Shown: positions 1 through 10,037, counted from the first letter of the stretch. The stretch is 64,000 bases of DNA from an uncultured Chloroflexia bacterium (GCA_963724295.1 CAVRUC010000003.1:107955-171954); one strand, 5' to 3'. Numbers and translations are program-made. Notes: a model not told the origin generated them from the letters alone.

Positions 1-930
1 GAAGGCGACCGCGGTCGCCTGACCCGCCGGCTCCGCCCCGGCGTGCGAGATCATCGAGAACGGCAACGGCAGCGCGGCGCTGGCGACGAGAGCGAGCAGC
101 GTTGCCGATCGCCTCCGCCACGGCCACCACCAGGCTGTGCCCAACAGGACCGCGGCGAAGACGAGCAGGACGCCCACTCGCACCAACCACCAGGTGCCGT
201 AGCGGGTATCGGCGAGCGTGGTGGTCAGACCGTTGCGGAGATCCGCCGGTCCGGAGATGGCTGCCGCCTGCACCACCAGCGCCACCACGTTGGCCAGCAG
301 CGAGAAGGCGAACGCGACGGTGACGTAGCGTCGCACGCGGCGCGTCAATTTCGGTCCCAGTTGCCACGCGGGGGAGATCGCCGGCCGCACGACGAAGAGC
401 CAGACTGGCCAGACGGCGACCACTGCCGCCATCCCCAGCAATGCCAGCCAGCGGGCGGCTGCCAGCGTCCACTCCGGCAGTGCACCGGCGCTTGTTTCAG
501 CCGCCGGCGGCGCTACCACGCGCACATCGGCCGCGGTGCCGATGGTAAAGGGGAGGTAACCCTGCGCGGTGTGTCCGTCGACGGTCGAGAGGGTGCGCCA
601 GAGGAGCGAATAGGTGCCGTTGCCCAGTCCGGACGGAATCTGGACGGTCATCGTCCGGGGCTGCGGCCCCACGGTACTGGTCGCGCCGGGAACCAGCGTG
701 CCCGTCTCATCGAAGAGCTCGGCTCGCGAATAGGATCTCTCCAGCGGCTCGGTGAACGTCAGGGTGATCGACTGGGGCGCGGTGGACAGGACCGCGTTGG
801 CGGCCGGATCGCTGCTCTCGAGAAACGCATGCGCCGCCACGGGGCTCGCCGGCAGGGCGAGCTGCGCCATGACGCAGAGCAGCATCATGATGGCAACACG
901 CACGCCGGCGCCGACCCCAGGTCGATTCAT
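1..930 (-). CDS. Copper resistance CopC/CopD fusion protein (runs off the window start)
   Basis: Manual minus-strand translation from ATG 930: signal peptide, then HAFLESSDPAANAVL...LTFTEPLE...YSLLWRTLSTVDGHTAQG (CopC signature), followed by hydrophobic CopD-type helices. Not in the supplied ORF track. Confidence 0.85.
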   Translation of the reverse strand, partial: MNRPGVGAGVRVAIMMLLCVMAQLALPASPVAAHAFLESSDPAANAVLSTAPQSITLTFTEPLERSYSRAELFDETGTLVPGATSTVGPQPRTMTVQIPSGLGNGTYSLLWRTLSTVDGHTAQGYLPFTIGTAADVRVVAPPAAETSAGALPEWTLAAARWLALLGMAAVVAVWPVWLFVVRPAISPAWQLGPKLTRRVRRYVTVAFAFSLLANVVALVVQAAAISGPADLRNGLTTTLADTRYGTWWLVRVGVLLVFAAVLLGTAWWWPWRRRSATLLALVASAALPLPFSMISHAGAEPAGQATAVAF

Positions 931-960
931 GAGACGCCCGTTACGGGCACCACAGGCACG

Positions 961-1620
961 TCATCGAATCAGCTTGCCGGAGGGTTCACTCGCGCGTGGC
1001 GCGGCCTCCACCTTTGGCTGTCTCGACCGTGCCAGGGCCAGCGCGCCAACGACCAGCCCGAGGACGCCCGCGACGACCCCCGCCACGCCGAGCGTGCGCG
1101 CCGTGGCGGCGGCGGCGTTGGCATCCGCGACCGCTGTCTGGAGCTGCGCCGGATCGGGAAGGGGTTGCGGAAATGCGATCGCCGACAGCGGCTCGACACT
1201 GTTGAACGTCGTTGGCCCCGAGGTGACGCTTTCATCGACCGTCGCCTCGCCAATCGTGCCGGAGATGCGAAACGTATAGTCTCCGGTCGCGGTCGGCACA
1301 AACACGGCCTCGTATTCGCCCTCCCCGACCGGCACGAGCGGCAGGGTCATCACCTGCCCGTCTCTGCTGACTTCGGCGGAGAGGGTCGCCGCCAGGTCGT
1401 CGACCGGTTCTGTCCCGCCGGTGGCGTACCGTTGCACGCCCAGCGCAAGAGCATTCGGTAGCCCGAGATAGGCCGGCTCGTCACGGAAACCGACTTCCAT
1501 GACGTACTGCCCGTCGCCAACGTCGATTTCGACGTGAGCCAATGCTCCGGCTGTGGCACCAACCGCGAGAATCAGCCCGAAAGCGAGCGCCATCAGGGTC
1601 CGGCCCGCGCAACGTGTCAT
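961..1620 (-). CDS. Secreted protein with N-terminal His and a C-terminal membrane anchor, probably metal-handling
   Basis: Signal peptide ending ALA|HVEID; GEYEAVFVPTATGDYTFRISG segment; C-terminal TM helix; lies directly upstream of copC/D. Confidence 0.7.
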   Translation of the reverse strand: MTRCAGRTLMALAFGLILAVGATAGALAHVEIDVGDGQYVMEVGFRDEPAYLGLPNALALGVQRYATGGTEPVDDLAATLSAEVSRDGQVMTLPLVPVGEGEYEAVFVPTATGDYTFRISGTIGEATVDESVTSGPTTFNSVEPLSAIAFPQPLPDPAQLQTAVADANAAAATARTLGVAGVVAGVLGLVVGALALARSRQPKVEAAPRASEPSGKLIR

Positions 1621-1630
1621 GGCGAACAGC

Positions 1631-2269
1631 CTAGGCCTCAGGAGTTGCCGCCGCATGGTCGTCCTCCGTGTCGTCGTGGGTCGCGTCATCCTCGTCCGCA
1701 TGGTTCTTACCGGCACCTGACGCCGAGACCGGCGCCAACCCGTGTCCGAGAACGACCAGGACGGCAGTCTGCTCTTCCTCGGCTTGAAAGAGGGCGAACC
1801 CGATGTGGCCGGGCACGCCCGCTTCGGCCAGACCGGTGACGAGTGAGCTCCCGGACAGCGCTCCGCCGACGTTGCCGCAGGCGATGGCATCCATCACCTC
1901 GTCGCTTTCGTAGATCAGCACCGCGTGCTCGCCGGCCAGCAGGTCCTCGATCGTACCGTCGATCGTCGTCTCGCTGATCAGCACCTGATAGGCCGCGTCG
2001 GGGTTGACCGCCGTGGGTGTGGCTACCGGCGCATTGTCGATATCGACGCTACCGCCGACTCCGTTGAGACGAAATGCGACGGGCCCGAGGGCCTCGCACG
2101 ACCCCTCGTGGATACGAGTCGGGTGTCCATGCTCCTCATGCGCCAGCGCCGGTCCGGCGACCGAGGCCACCACTCCAAGCGCAACCGCGAGCGTGAAAAT
2201 CCAGCGCGGCTGGACCCTGCCGCATAGTCGTCTCGTCAACGCAGTCATCACCTTAGCCCTCTTTTCCAC
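1631..2269 (-). CDS. Secreted His-rich protein with HPxxIHxGxC...IACG domain
   Basis: Signal peptide ALA|HEEHGHPTRIHEGSC; DAIACGNVGG; acidic His-rich tail. Start may be ATG 2248. Confidence 0.75.
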   Translation of the reverse strand: MEKRAKVMTALTRRLCGRVQPRWIFTLAVALGVVASVAGPALAHEEHGHPTRIHEGSCEALGPVAFRLNGVGGSVDIDNAPVATPTAVNPDAAYQVLISETTIDGTIEDLLAGEHAVLIYESDEVMDAIACGNVGGALSGSSLVTGLAEAGVPGHIGFALFQAEEEQTAVLVVLGHGLAPVSASGAGKNHADEDDATHDDTEDDHAAATPEA

Positions 2270-2371
2270 CCGTACTGGACCCGGGACGTGAGATCGAGGT
2301 CCGGACGATCCGGCAACGTCATCGCCGTCACGGAAACCGGGTCTACCGACTGAGACACTGGGAAGCGCGGC

Positions 2372-2896
2372 TCACGACGCGGCGGGCGTCCACCGGGGTG
2401 GAGGAACGAGAATCCGAGGAGATAGCCCGCCATGCCGCCGGTCCGGGACTTCGCTCGGAGCCTGGCAAATCCCCAGTGCAGCGATCGCCATGATGGCCGC
2501 CAGAAGCAGATGCACGCCGCTCGAGGCCGGTACCGACTCTTGTTCCGCCGCGGCATCGGGCCGCTCGTCATCGAAACCGACGGTTGGGTTCGTTTCGTTA
2601 TCCGCGACGGTAGGGTCAAACCAGGAGGAGGATGAGTCTCCTGGTGCCGCATGCGCCAGGCCGTGACCAGGGTGGTGGCGAACGGTCCCGTTGGCCGCGT
2701 CTGCCCAGAGCTGGATGAGCGAATGGGCGTGCTCGCTTTGGGCTCCCGCCCGGTAACTGGCGGGCAGGAGCAGCAGGCCGAGCAGCGCCATACCCCAGAG
2801 CAGAGAAAACCAGGTTGACAGGCGAGAATTGCTCGATCGAGGTGACACGGTTTGAGTTGCCGCTTCCCGATGGTGGAGGTGCTCGCACGCGGGCAC
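2372..2896 (-). CDS. Small secreted His-rich upstream ORF with C-terminal PPPR (candidate regulatory leader)
   Basis: Hydrophobic signal WFSLLWGMALLGLLLLPASYRAGA; HAH and HHPGH motifs; C-terminus RILVPPPRWTPAAS. Start uncertain. Confidence 0.55.
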   Translation of the reverse strand: MPACEHLHHREAATQTVSPRSSNSRLSTWFSLLWGMALLGLLLLPASYRAGAQSEHAHSLIQLWADAANGTVRHHPGHGLAHAAPGDSSSSWFDPTVADNETNPTVGFDDERPDAAAEQESVPASSGVHLLLAAIMAIAALGICQAPSEVPDRRHGGLSPRILVPPPRWTPAAS

Positions 2897-2996
2897 TTCG
2901 CTAATCGTGGCCGCATCGACTCGCGGGCCTGAGCGGCAGCCGGTCAGCCAAAGGTACCACGGTCCTCAGAGCCGTCTCGCGGCGATCCGCTCTATC

Positions 2997-4103
2997 ATGA
3001 ACGTGATGAACGACGTGATACCGGCGGACGGGCTACCCAACGCACAACGATCCGGCCAGATCGACGAAGCTGACAATGGGCACGACCTCGAGAACCGATC
3101 GCGGGTGGCAGTTGACACTCTCGACGCGGGGGACACCGATCGGCCCGCCCGCGTCGACCGGCGTCCCCTCGTCATCGCCATGGCCATCACCACCACGTTC
3201 TTCTTCGTCGAGCTCGCCGGCGCCTACGTCTCGAACTCACTCGCGCTTCTCGCCGACGCGGCGCACATGCTCACCGACGTCGCCGCGCTCGGACTGGCGC
3301 TCTTCGCCATGTGGCTGGCGACGCGCGCCACCCGCCCCGAGCGGACCTTCGGCTACCTGCGGGCCGAAATCCTCGCCGCGCTGGTCAACGCTGTCACCCT
3401 GATCGTCCTGGCGATCTACATCTTCTGGGAGGCGTGGCAGCGGTTCCAGGAGCCGCCGGAGGTCAAGAGCGGTCCCCTTCTCGTCGTCGCCGTCGCCGGC
3501 ATGCTGGCCAATATCGCCTCCGCCTGGGTGCTCTCACGCGGGGGTGGGCACCGCGACAATCTCAATACCAGAGGCGCATTCCTGCACGTGCTCGGCGACC
3601 TCCTTGGTTCGGTGGCGACCATCGCCGCAGCGCTGATCATCGCGTTCACCGGCTGGTACGCCGCCGATCCGATCCTGTCGGTCCTCATCGGCGGCCTGGT
3701 CGTCTTTGGCGCATGGTCGCTTCTGCGAGAGTCGGTGGACGTTCTCCTGGAAGCCGCGCCCCGCGGTGTGGTGGTGGCCGACGTGCGCCGGGCGATGGAC
3801 GCCGTACCCGGTGTCGAAGGCGTCCACGATCTGCACGTCTGGACGGTGACGTCCGGGTTGACCGCGCTCTCGGCGCACGTCGAGACGGCGAATCTCGCTG
3901 GCTGGGAGACCTGTATGCAGACGCTGGCGACCATGCTGCGCGAGCAGTTCGGCATAGCCCACGCCACGTTGCAACCGGAGCTACCCCGGTCGACGAGCAA
4001 TTCCTGGGATCGCTGCTCGATCGACGCGCCAGAGGGCCGCGCCGCCTGCCTGACCGCGACCAAACCGGTCGCCCGCGCCGTCCATGCCGGACACCGGCAC
4101 TAA
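2997..4103 (+). CDS. Cation diffusion facilitator (CzcD/ZitB-like) metal exporter
   Basis: SNSLALLADAAHMLTD, TFGYLRAEILAALVN, AFLHVLGDLLGS and HDLHVW motifs. Confidence 0.92.
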   Translation: MNVMNDVIPADGLPNAQRSGQIDEADNGHDLENRSRVAVDTLDAGDTDRPARVDRRPLVIAMAITTTFFFVELAGAYVSNSLALLADAAHMLTDVAALGLALFAMWLATRATRPERTFGYLRAEILAALVNAVTLIVLAIYIFWEAWQRFQEPPEVKSGPLLVVAVAGMLANIASAWVLSRGGGHRDNLNTRGAFLHVLGDLLGSVATIAAALIIAFTGWYAADPILSVLIGGLVVFGAWSLLRESVDVLLEAAPRGVVVADVRRAMDAVPGVEGVHDLHVWTVTSGLTALSAHVETANLAGWETCMQTLATMLREQFGIAHATLQPELPRSTSNSWDRCSIDAPEGRAACLTATKPVARAVHAGHRH

Positions 4104-4107
4104 GGCG

Positions 4108-5257
4108 ATGAGCGACTCGGAGGCTCTCGTCAGGCAGGATGACAATCCCGCGCGTCCGGGTCGGCGCAGATCGTGGCTGCCGGCCGCATTCGCCGCGATT
4201 GCCCTGGCGCTGATCGCCGCCGGGGCAGGCTGGTGGTTCCTCAACAACCGGCAGGCGATCCCGGAGTGGGACCGCCTGCCGGCGCTCGATCTGGCCGCGC
4301 CGGCGGGAGATGCCTTCCGCGCCGATACGCCCTGGGTCAATCTGCGCCTGACCACCGGGCGACCCGGCGAGGAGAACGGTCTGCGCGTGCAGATCACACC
4401 GAGGACTCGACAAGGCGACACCGGTCTCCACGTCCGCTCCGCCGGCACGGATCGCTTCGCTCACCGCGCAACCGCTTTCCGGCGAGCAGGCCGTGCCTGA
4501 GCCGCTCGCGCTGCAACCCGATCCCCAAACCGAGGGCGCGTTCCTCGCGTTGGCTCCCCTCGACCAGGCGGGCTGGTGGCGGTTCAGCGTCGAGGTGGAT
4601 GGGGCAGAACAGGCCGCCGAGTTCTTTCTCCTCATTCCTGACCCGAACCTCAACGGTCCGAACGCGGTGCCCGGGAGTGGATCAGCCGCGGAGGGCGAGG
4701 CGCTCTACCAGCGCGGGATCGAGGCCCTCACCGGCCTGAGTGACGTCCGCTTTGCGCAGTGGATCGCCGATGGCCGGGGTAACGCCTCGGTTGCCGAGCA
4801 CGGGGTGACCACCGGCGACGGAACTACGCCACCGGGGTTCACGTACCGCGCGGCCGGTGGCATGGAGGCGGTGATCATCGGATCGACGCGCTGGATCAGG
4901 CTGCCCGGAGATCCCGGCTGGGAGGAGCAGGAGGGCGCCACCGTGGTGTTGCCCTCGGCGTGGGACGAGGAGTACTTCGGCGCGACCGGGTTCACGATCC
5001 TCGGTGAGGAGACCATCGACGGCGAGCGCTGCCAGCTGCTGGCCTTCGTCGTCCCGGAGCTGAGCGAGCCGCGGCGCCAGACGGTGGCCTGGTATCTGTG
5101 GTGGGTCGGTGAAGAGACGGGCCACGTGCGCCGGGAGTCGATGGTGTCCCGCCTCCACTACATGCACAACAGCTTCAGCGACTTCGACGTGCCGATCGCC
5201 CTCTCGCCACCGCAGGAGGCGGCGACCCCGGTCGCCAGCGGAACGCCCGGCTCTTGA
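4108..5257 (+). CDS. Membrane-anchored extracellular hypothetical protein (apparent frameshift near 4410)
   Basis: N-terminal TM segment in ORF 4084..4500 continues into ORF 4493..5257 in another frame; last codon overlaps the next start. Confidence 0.6.
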
Positions 5258-6213
5258 GCGCGCCGGCCTCGACTCCGGTCTCGACTGCCGCGGCCACCGG
5301 GCGAGGGATTCGCGAAGCGTCGCCGCTGCTGTTGAAGACCGCGCCGGCGATCTTCCTCCTCTTCTGGTCCGGAGGGTTCGCCGCCGGCAAGGTCGGCCTG
5401 GGGTACTCGGGCCCGCTGACGTTTCTGGCGGTGCGATACGCCCTGGTGCTGCTCGTCCTGCTGCCGCTGGTCCTCGTCATGCGGCCACCCCTGCCGCGCA
5501 CGCCGGCGGCATGGGGACACCTGGCGATGGTCGGGTTTCTGATCCAGGGCCTCTACTTCGGACTCGGCTATCTGGCGCTGGCGATGAACATCTCCACCGG
5601 GGCGGTGGCCCTGATCGTCTCCCTGCAACCGATCCTGGTGGCCCTGGCAGCGCCGCGCATCTCGGGAGAGCGGGTAGGGCGCTGGGCGTGGACTGGCCTC
5701 GGACTCGGGCTGGCCGGAGCGGCGCTCGTCATCCTGGCGCGGTCGGCGGTGGAGGCGCTCCCCGTGCTGGGGGTGCTGGCCGCGGTTGGCGCGCTGGGCG
5801 GGATGACCATCGGCACGCTCTATGAAAAGCGATTCGGCATCAGCCAGCACCCGGTGACCGCGAACACCATCCAGTACGCCGCCGGACTGGCCATGACGCT
5901 GCCGCTGGCGTTCCTGCTGGAGGACCGCACGATCGAGTGGTCGCTGCCGCTGGGGCTGTCGCTGCTCTACCTGATCGTCTGCAACTCACTGATCGCGCTG
6001 ACGCTGCTGCTGATGATGATTCGGCGCGGGGAGGTCAGCCGGGTCTCGGCGCTCTTCTTCCTGGTGCCGCCGATGGCCGCGCTGATCGGCTGGCTGCTGC
6101 TCGACGAGCAGATGCCCCCGCTGGCCTGGGTCGGACTGGCCCTGGCCGCCGCCGGCGTCGCCATCGCCACCCGCGCCGACCGGCTTTCCGGCATGCGAAG
6201 CCGCTCGCGCTGA
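5254..6213 (+). CDS. DMT/EamA family transporter
   Basis: About 10 TM helices; WSGGF...PLTFLAVRY and SALFFLVPPMAALIGWLLLDE motifs. Confidence 0.9.
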   Translation: MSAPASTPVSTAAATGRGIREASPLLLKTAPAIFLLFWSGGFAAGKVGLGYSGPLTFLAVRYALVLLVLLPLVLVMRPPLPRTPAAWGHLAMVGFLIQGLYFGLGYLALAMNISTGAVALIVSLQPILVALAAPRISGERVGRWAWTGLGLGLAGAALVILARSAVEALPVLGVLAAVGALGGMTIGTLYEKRFGISQHPVTANTIQYAAGLAMTLPLAFLLEDRTIEWSLPLGLSLLYLIVCNSLIALTLLLMMIRRGEVSRVSALFFLVPPMAALIGWLLLDEQMPPLAWVGLALAAAGVAIATRADRLSGMRSRSR

Positions 6214-6254
6214 CTCCAATCGCACTATGCGAGCAACTGAACGTCGCGAGACGG

Positions 6255-6296
6255 CCCTCACCCCAACCCCTCTCCCAGAGCGCTGGGCGAGGGGGG
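6255..6296. repeat. REP-like palindromic element (CCCTCACCCC..CCCTCTCCC..GGG.GAGGGG), copy 1
   Basis: Closely similar to 14183-14224; terminal hairpin; lies just after a gene end. Confidence 0.7.
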
Positions 6297-6619
6297 AATT
6301 GGTGGGGGAGGTCATGGGGGATTTGGTGGCGCGAGTGGCGGCGGAGAGGATGATGCTATCGGCGATGCGGGCGGCGCGGTCACGGGTGGTGGGCGGAATG
6401 GGGGCTGGAGGTGGCTGGCCGGTTGGAGATTCGGTGTCGGAGTCAGGCGCGATGTCGTCGTGCGCGGCGGGTGGGCGAGGGCTGGCGAGTCTGCGTGACG
6501 TGCGTGTGAGGGATTCCCGCAGGACGGCACGCATCTCGCCGTGGCGCTCGGGCGGCATGGCTTTGACGAGGGCGTCGAACATTACTTCTAGCTCGGCGGC
6601 TGCGGCGAATGGGCGGGGT

Positions 6620-6841
6620 CCGCTCTCTAACCTGGTCGTCAGTGAGTTGCCGGTGGAGGAACGCTACAGCTACGTCTTCGAGGGCAACAGTCAGGCGCTC
6701 GACCACATGCTACTCAGCCCGGCCCTCATGCAGGCCGCAGTGCCGGGGACGTTCGACATCGTCCACGTCAATGCCGAGTACGCCGACCAGGTCACTGACC
6801 ATGATCCGCTGCTCGCCCGGTTCCTGCTCGTTACGCCTTAG
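6620..6841 (+). pseudogene. C-terminal remnant of an endonuclease/exonuclease/phosphatase (EEP) nuclease
   Basis: LPVEERYSYVFEGNSQALDHMLLS...HVNAEYADQVTDHDPLL is the EEP C-terminal signature; no N-terminal domain upstream. Confidence 0.75.
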
Positions 6842-7263
6842 GCAGAGGTGATCAAGGACGCTGTGCACCGGAGCTGGGCTTAGCCAGCAGCCGATCTGAT
6901 TTCTCACTGACGATTTCACCCATGAGCCCCATATACAGAACATCTAGAACCAGTCGTGCTGCGGTTCACTGCGGAGGATGTGGTCGTGATGGCGGCGGAT
7001 TGATGCGTGTCTCTTACCCTGAGAACGTAAGTCCGAGAGAGGACGGCACTGTCATCAGCCTCCACACTCATTCCCGTAGTCGTTATTGCAACAATGGATG
7101 GAGTCCGGATGGCAGCAGGCACAACCGCTGTTCGTCGCTATGCGGTGAGGGTCACGCGGCTGCGCACGGCGATCGCGTGTAACGCTGCGCCCTCCTCCCG
7201 ACACTACACCCACAGTCGCCGTCTCGGGTGATTGTGGTGTTTCGTTTCCCCAAGGAGGACGCC

Positions 7264-7599
7264 GTGAGCCAGCAAGCCTTTGATGCCTTCACCCGCCGTG
7301 CTGCCGAGGGCGTCACCCGTCGCAAGTCCCTCTTTGCGCTGGTCGCCGCCGCGCTCGGCGCGACTGCCGCCCCGGCTCTGGTCGAGGCAGGGGACCGCAG
7401 TATGTGCAACAGGCGGTGCGCGGCGCAGGCCGACACCTGTGCCAATACCGTTTTCGCCTTTTGCGATGCTAACTTTGGCACCGTTTCGGCCCGTGAACAG
7501 TGCAATGCAAGATGTGGTGCCTGTTGCGATGACCTCAGTCGCTGTGACCATCTTGATGTGGAGAACAGCGTGTATTGTCTTCTCGGATGCGCCCCCTGA
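7264..7599 (+). CDS. Small Cys-rich protein with twin-arginine leader
   Basis: AAGGAGG RBS before GTG 7264; leader AFDAFTRRAAEGVTRRKSL plus hydrophobic stretch; 11 Cys in the mature part. Confidence 0.75.
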   Translation: MSQQAFDAFTRRAAEGVTRRKSLFALVAAALGATAAPALVEAGDRSMCNRRCAAQADTCANTVFAFCDANFGTVSAREQCNARCGACCDDLSRCDHLDVENSVYCLLGCAP

Positions 7600-7904
7600 C
7601 CTAGACAGCCGAATGCCGACAAGATGGGCGCGTGCCCGCTTCTCTACACAACACAATCCCAATGCAGCGATCGCCCGCCTCCGCTTCACCCTGAATCAGG
7701 CTGGGATATTGCGGCGTGAGGAGACTCCGCTTCACTGCTGGCGACGCGGAACGGGACACCGCGGTCTGAGCGGAGTTTGGGGATTGCAGCCCGCGGGTGA
7801 ACAGACTGGCCCAGGCGCAAGCCTTCTCACCTGAGCTCGGTCTCGGCCCGTTACTCGGTCGACCTGCCGAGCCGACCGTTACCACCGCGCTTGCCCGCAC
7901 GAGA

Positions 7905-7933
7905 CGAGGCCCGGGTTGATTGCCCGGGCCTCG
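7905..7933. terminator. 11-bp inverted repeat, probable terminator downstream of tatA
   Basis: CGAGGCCCGGG-N7-CCCGGGCCTCG between convergent genes; no long U tract. Confidence 0.55.
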
Positions 7934-7981
7934 GAACATCTCGTGAGCCTGGCCCCACGACTTGCGGCGGGGCGGGAGCGT

Positions 7982-8284
7982 CTAGATCGCGTCGCGTGAG
8001 GTCGGTACGGTGCGAACCTCTTCGACCCGCACGGTCTCACCGGTCTCGTCGACCACGTCCTCAGACGCCAGTCGCGCACCATCGGCATCTGAACGGAGCG
8101 TCGTCTCCGTCGCGGTCGCCGTGGTCCTGGTCGATGCCGGCACTACCGGTGCCTGCGCTTCCTCGCGGAACTCTTTCACGCCTTGACCGAGGGATTTCGC
8201 GATTTCCGGCAGCTTGCCCGCGCCGAAGATGATCATGATGATGACGAGCACGATGACGAGCTCTTGCCAACCGAGTCCAGCCAT
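7982..8284 (-). CDS. tatA: Twin-arginine translocase subunit TatA/E
   Basis: MAGLGWQELVIVLVIIMIIFGAGKLPEIAKSLGQGVKEFR; GGGGAGG RBS. Confidence 0.93.
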   Translation of the reverse strand: MAGLGWQELVIVLVIIMIIFGAGKLPEIAKSLGQGVKEFREEAQAPVVPASTRTTATATETTLRSDADGARLASEDVVDETGETVRVEEVRTVPTSRDAI

Positions 8285-8389
8285 GAATGTCCTCCCCGTG
8301 TGGGGTGTCGTCGCTATCCGGCGCCCGCGGGTTCCGGTGAGCCGGGGCGTACGCCGCTGTTTCTACCACGAACCGGGTCGGTCGCGCCG

Positions 8390-10037
8390 CTACGGAGTGA
8401 TCTCGACTCGCATCCCGACCGGCGCCCACTGGTACATCCAGTCCGCCACGTCCACCGGCACGTTGACGCAGCCGTGGCTCATCGGGGCGCCGAAGTTGTT
8501 GTGCCAATAGGTGCCGTGGATGGCGTGGCCGCGATCGGTGAAATACATCACGTCCGGGCACGTCCGGCACGTTGTAGTACTCCCCGCCCAGCACACCCTC
8601 CATCGTCTGTGACGGGAGCTTGGAGAGGACGTGGTAGCTGCCGGCAGGGGTGGCGAACTTGGCCGTCCCCGTGCTGATGAATCCCTGCCAGAGCACCTGA
8701 TCGCCCTGGTAGGCCCACAGGTACTGCAGCGTAATGTTGATCTGCACCCATTTCTCGCCGTTGGGATCCGCCGGCGCGCCGCTGACGGTTGTCATCGGCG
8801 GGGTGAAGAGCGATTCGCTGTAGACCGGAAGCTCCCCCTGGGCCATCGGGGTGGTGTCGAGACGCAGGCGCTCGACCATCATCTTGCCGATGGGAACCAC
8901 CGCCGGCGGCTCGCCGCCGCGCTGGGCCAGCGTGCCGCGCTCGAAGACCTGGTAGGTGACGCCGTCGACCTTGTACGGCTCGGTCAACGGGTTGCCGAGG
9001 TACCCGGACTCGCCGGACGCTTCCCAAAACGCCTTGAATCCGCCGGCCACCGCGTGACCCGTCTCGGGTACGAAGCGCCACGTCTCGGAATCGGCTCGGC
9101 CGGTGACCTCCAGCGGCGCCCAGGCCCGTGCCGCCAGCGCCGACTCGTTCACCACCGAGCTTCCACTTCCGGACGCCCGGCGCAGCACGAAGGGCTGCAG
9201 CTGCCGTCCCAGCTCACCAAATTGGACGACCATCCCGTTCGGGTCTTCCGGGTGGTACTCGAAGCGACCGAAGTCGTAGTACTGGACGATGCGGCCGTTC
9301 TCCTGGAACTCCGGCGTCAGGGGAAAGCCCCACGACGAGGCGCCGCCCCACGCCCGCCAGCTATCGAGGAAGACCCCGTCGACAGCGTGACCGGTTTCGG
9401 GGATATAGACGGTCCGGGGCGGGGCCCAGTTCGCGTATCCGGGCGGCGGCCCGGAGGGTGGTGGCGCCAGCCAGGGGGTCGTCACCAACTCGGGGACCTC
9501 TTCCTCGGGTGCAGCCGAGGTCTCGCTCCCGTCAATCGTGCCGTCAGGGGCGGCGGCCTGCTCCTGCGTTACCAGCTGGCCATTCGCGTCGTAGGTAACG
9601 GACATCCCGGTGGCGGGATCGATCAGGTTCCCGGCCTCATCGAAGTAGAGACCCGCGGCGGCGTCGATCGGTGCACCGTCGGGTCCGATCGCCAGCGGAG
9701 CGCCGCTGACCGGATCGATCATGTTGCCGTTGGCGTCGTACGTCGGCGCGACCTCGACCGGCGCGGCGTCTACCGGCGCGGCCTCGACCCAGCCGTCGTC
9801 GGCACTCCCATCCCAGACGCCGGCGATGGTCTCGTCGACATTCGCGCTGATGTCGGTCATCTGCGCGTCGGCGGTGGGATCGACCCAGTCCCCCTCGCTC
9901 TGCGCCCGCGCCGAGGACGGCAGGACGGCCGTTCCAACGGCTGTGAGCAGGAACGACGCCACGAGCAGGACCGCCAGCGCCAGCGGCCCCCGCCGGGCCC
10001 GGATCTTGCGCGCTCTCCCTCGACTCCGCCCTGTCAT
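8390..10037 (-). CDS. L,D-transpeptidase (YkuD) with PETGH repeats; frameshift near 8557
   Basis: Signal peptide; YIPETGH and FVPETGH repeats; catalytic [21 protein letters not shown] in the shifted frame 8390..8596. Confidence 0.88.

Noticed and set aside
43..1461. Long plus-strand ORF (472 aa) and similar long shadow ORFs (e.g. 8631-10181, 26481-27812, 45479-46870)
   Set aside because: They are antisense to recognisable genes, Arg/Gly/His-rich, and typical of high-GC shadow frames.
6850..7250. Small ORFs in the lower-GC gap
   Set aside because: No RBS or family signal, and the frames conflict.
7716..7919. Reading frame interrupted by a single TGA (possible selenoprotein)
   Set aside because: No recognisable redox motif or family, no RBS, and no convincing SECIS.
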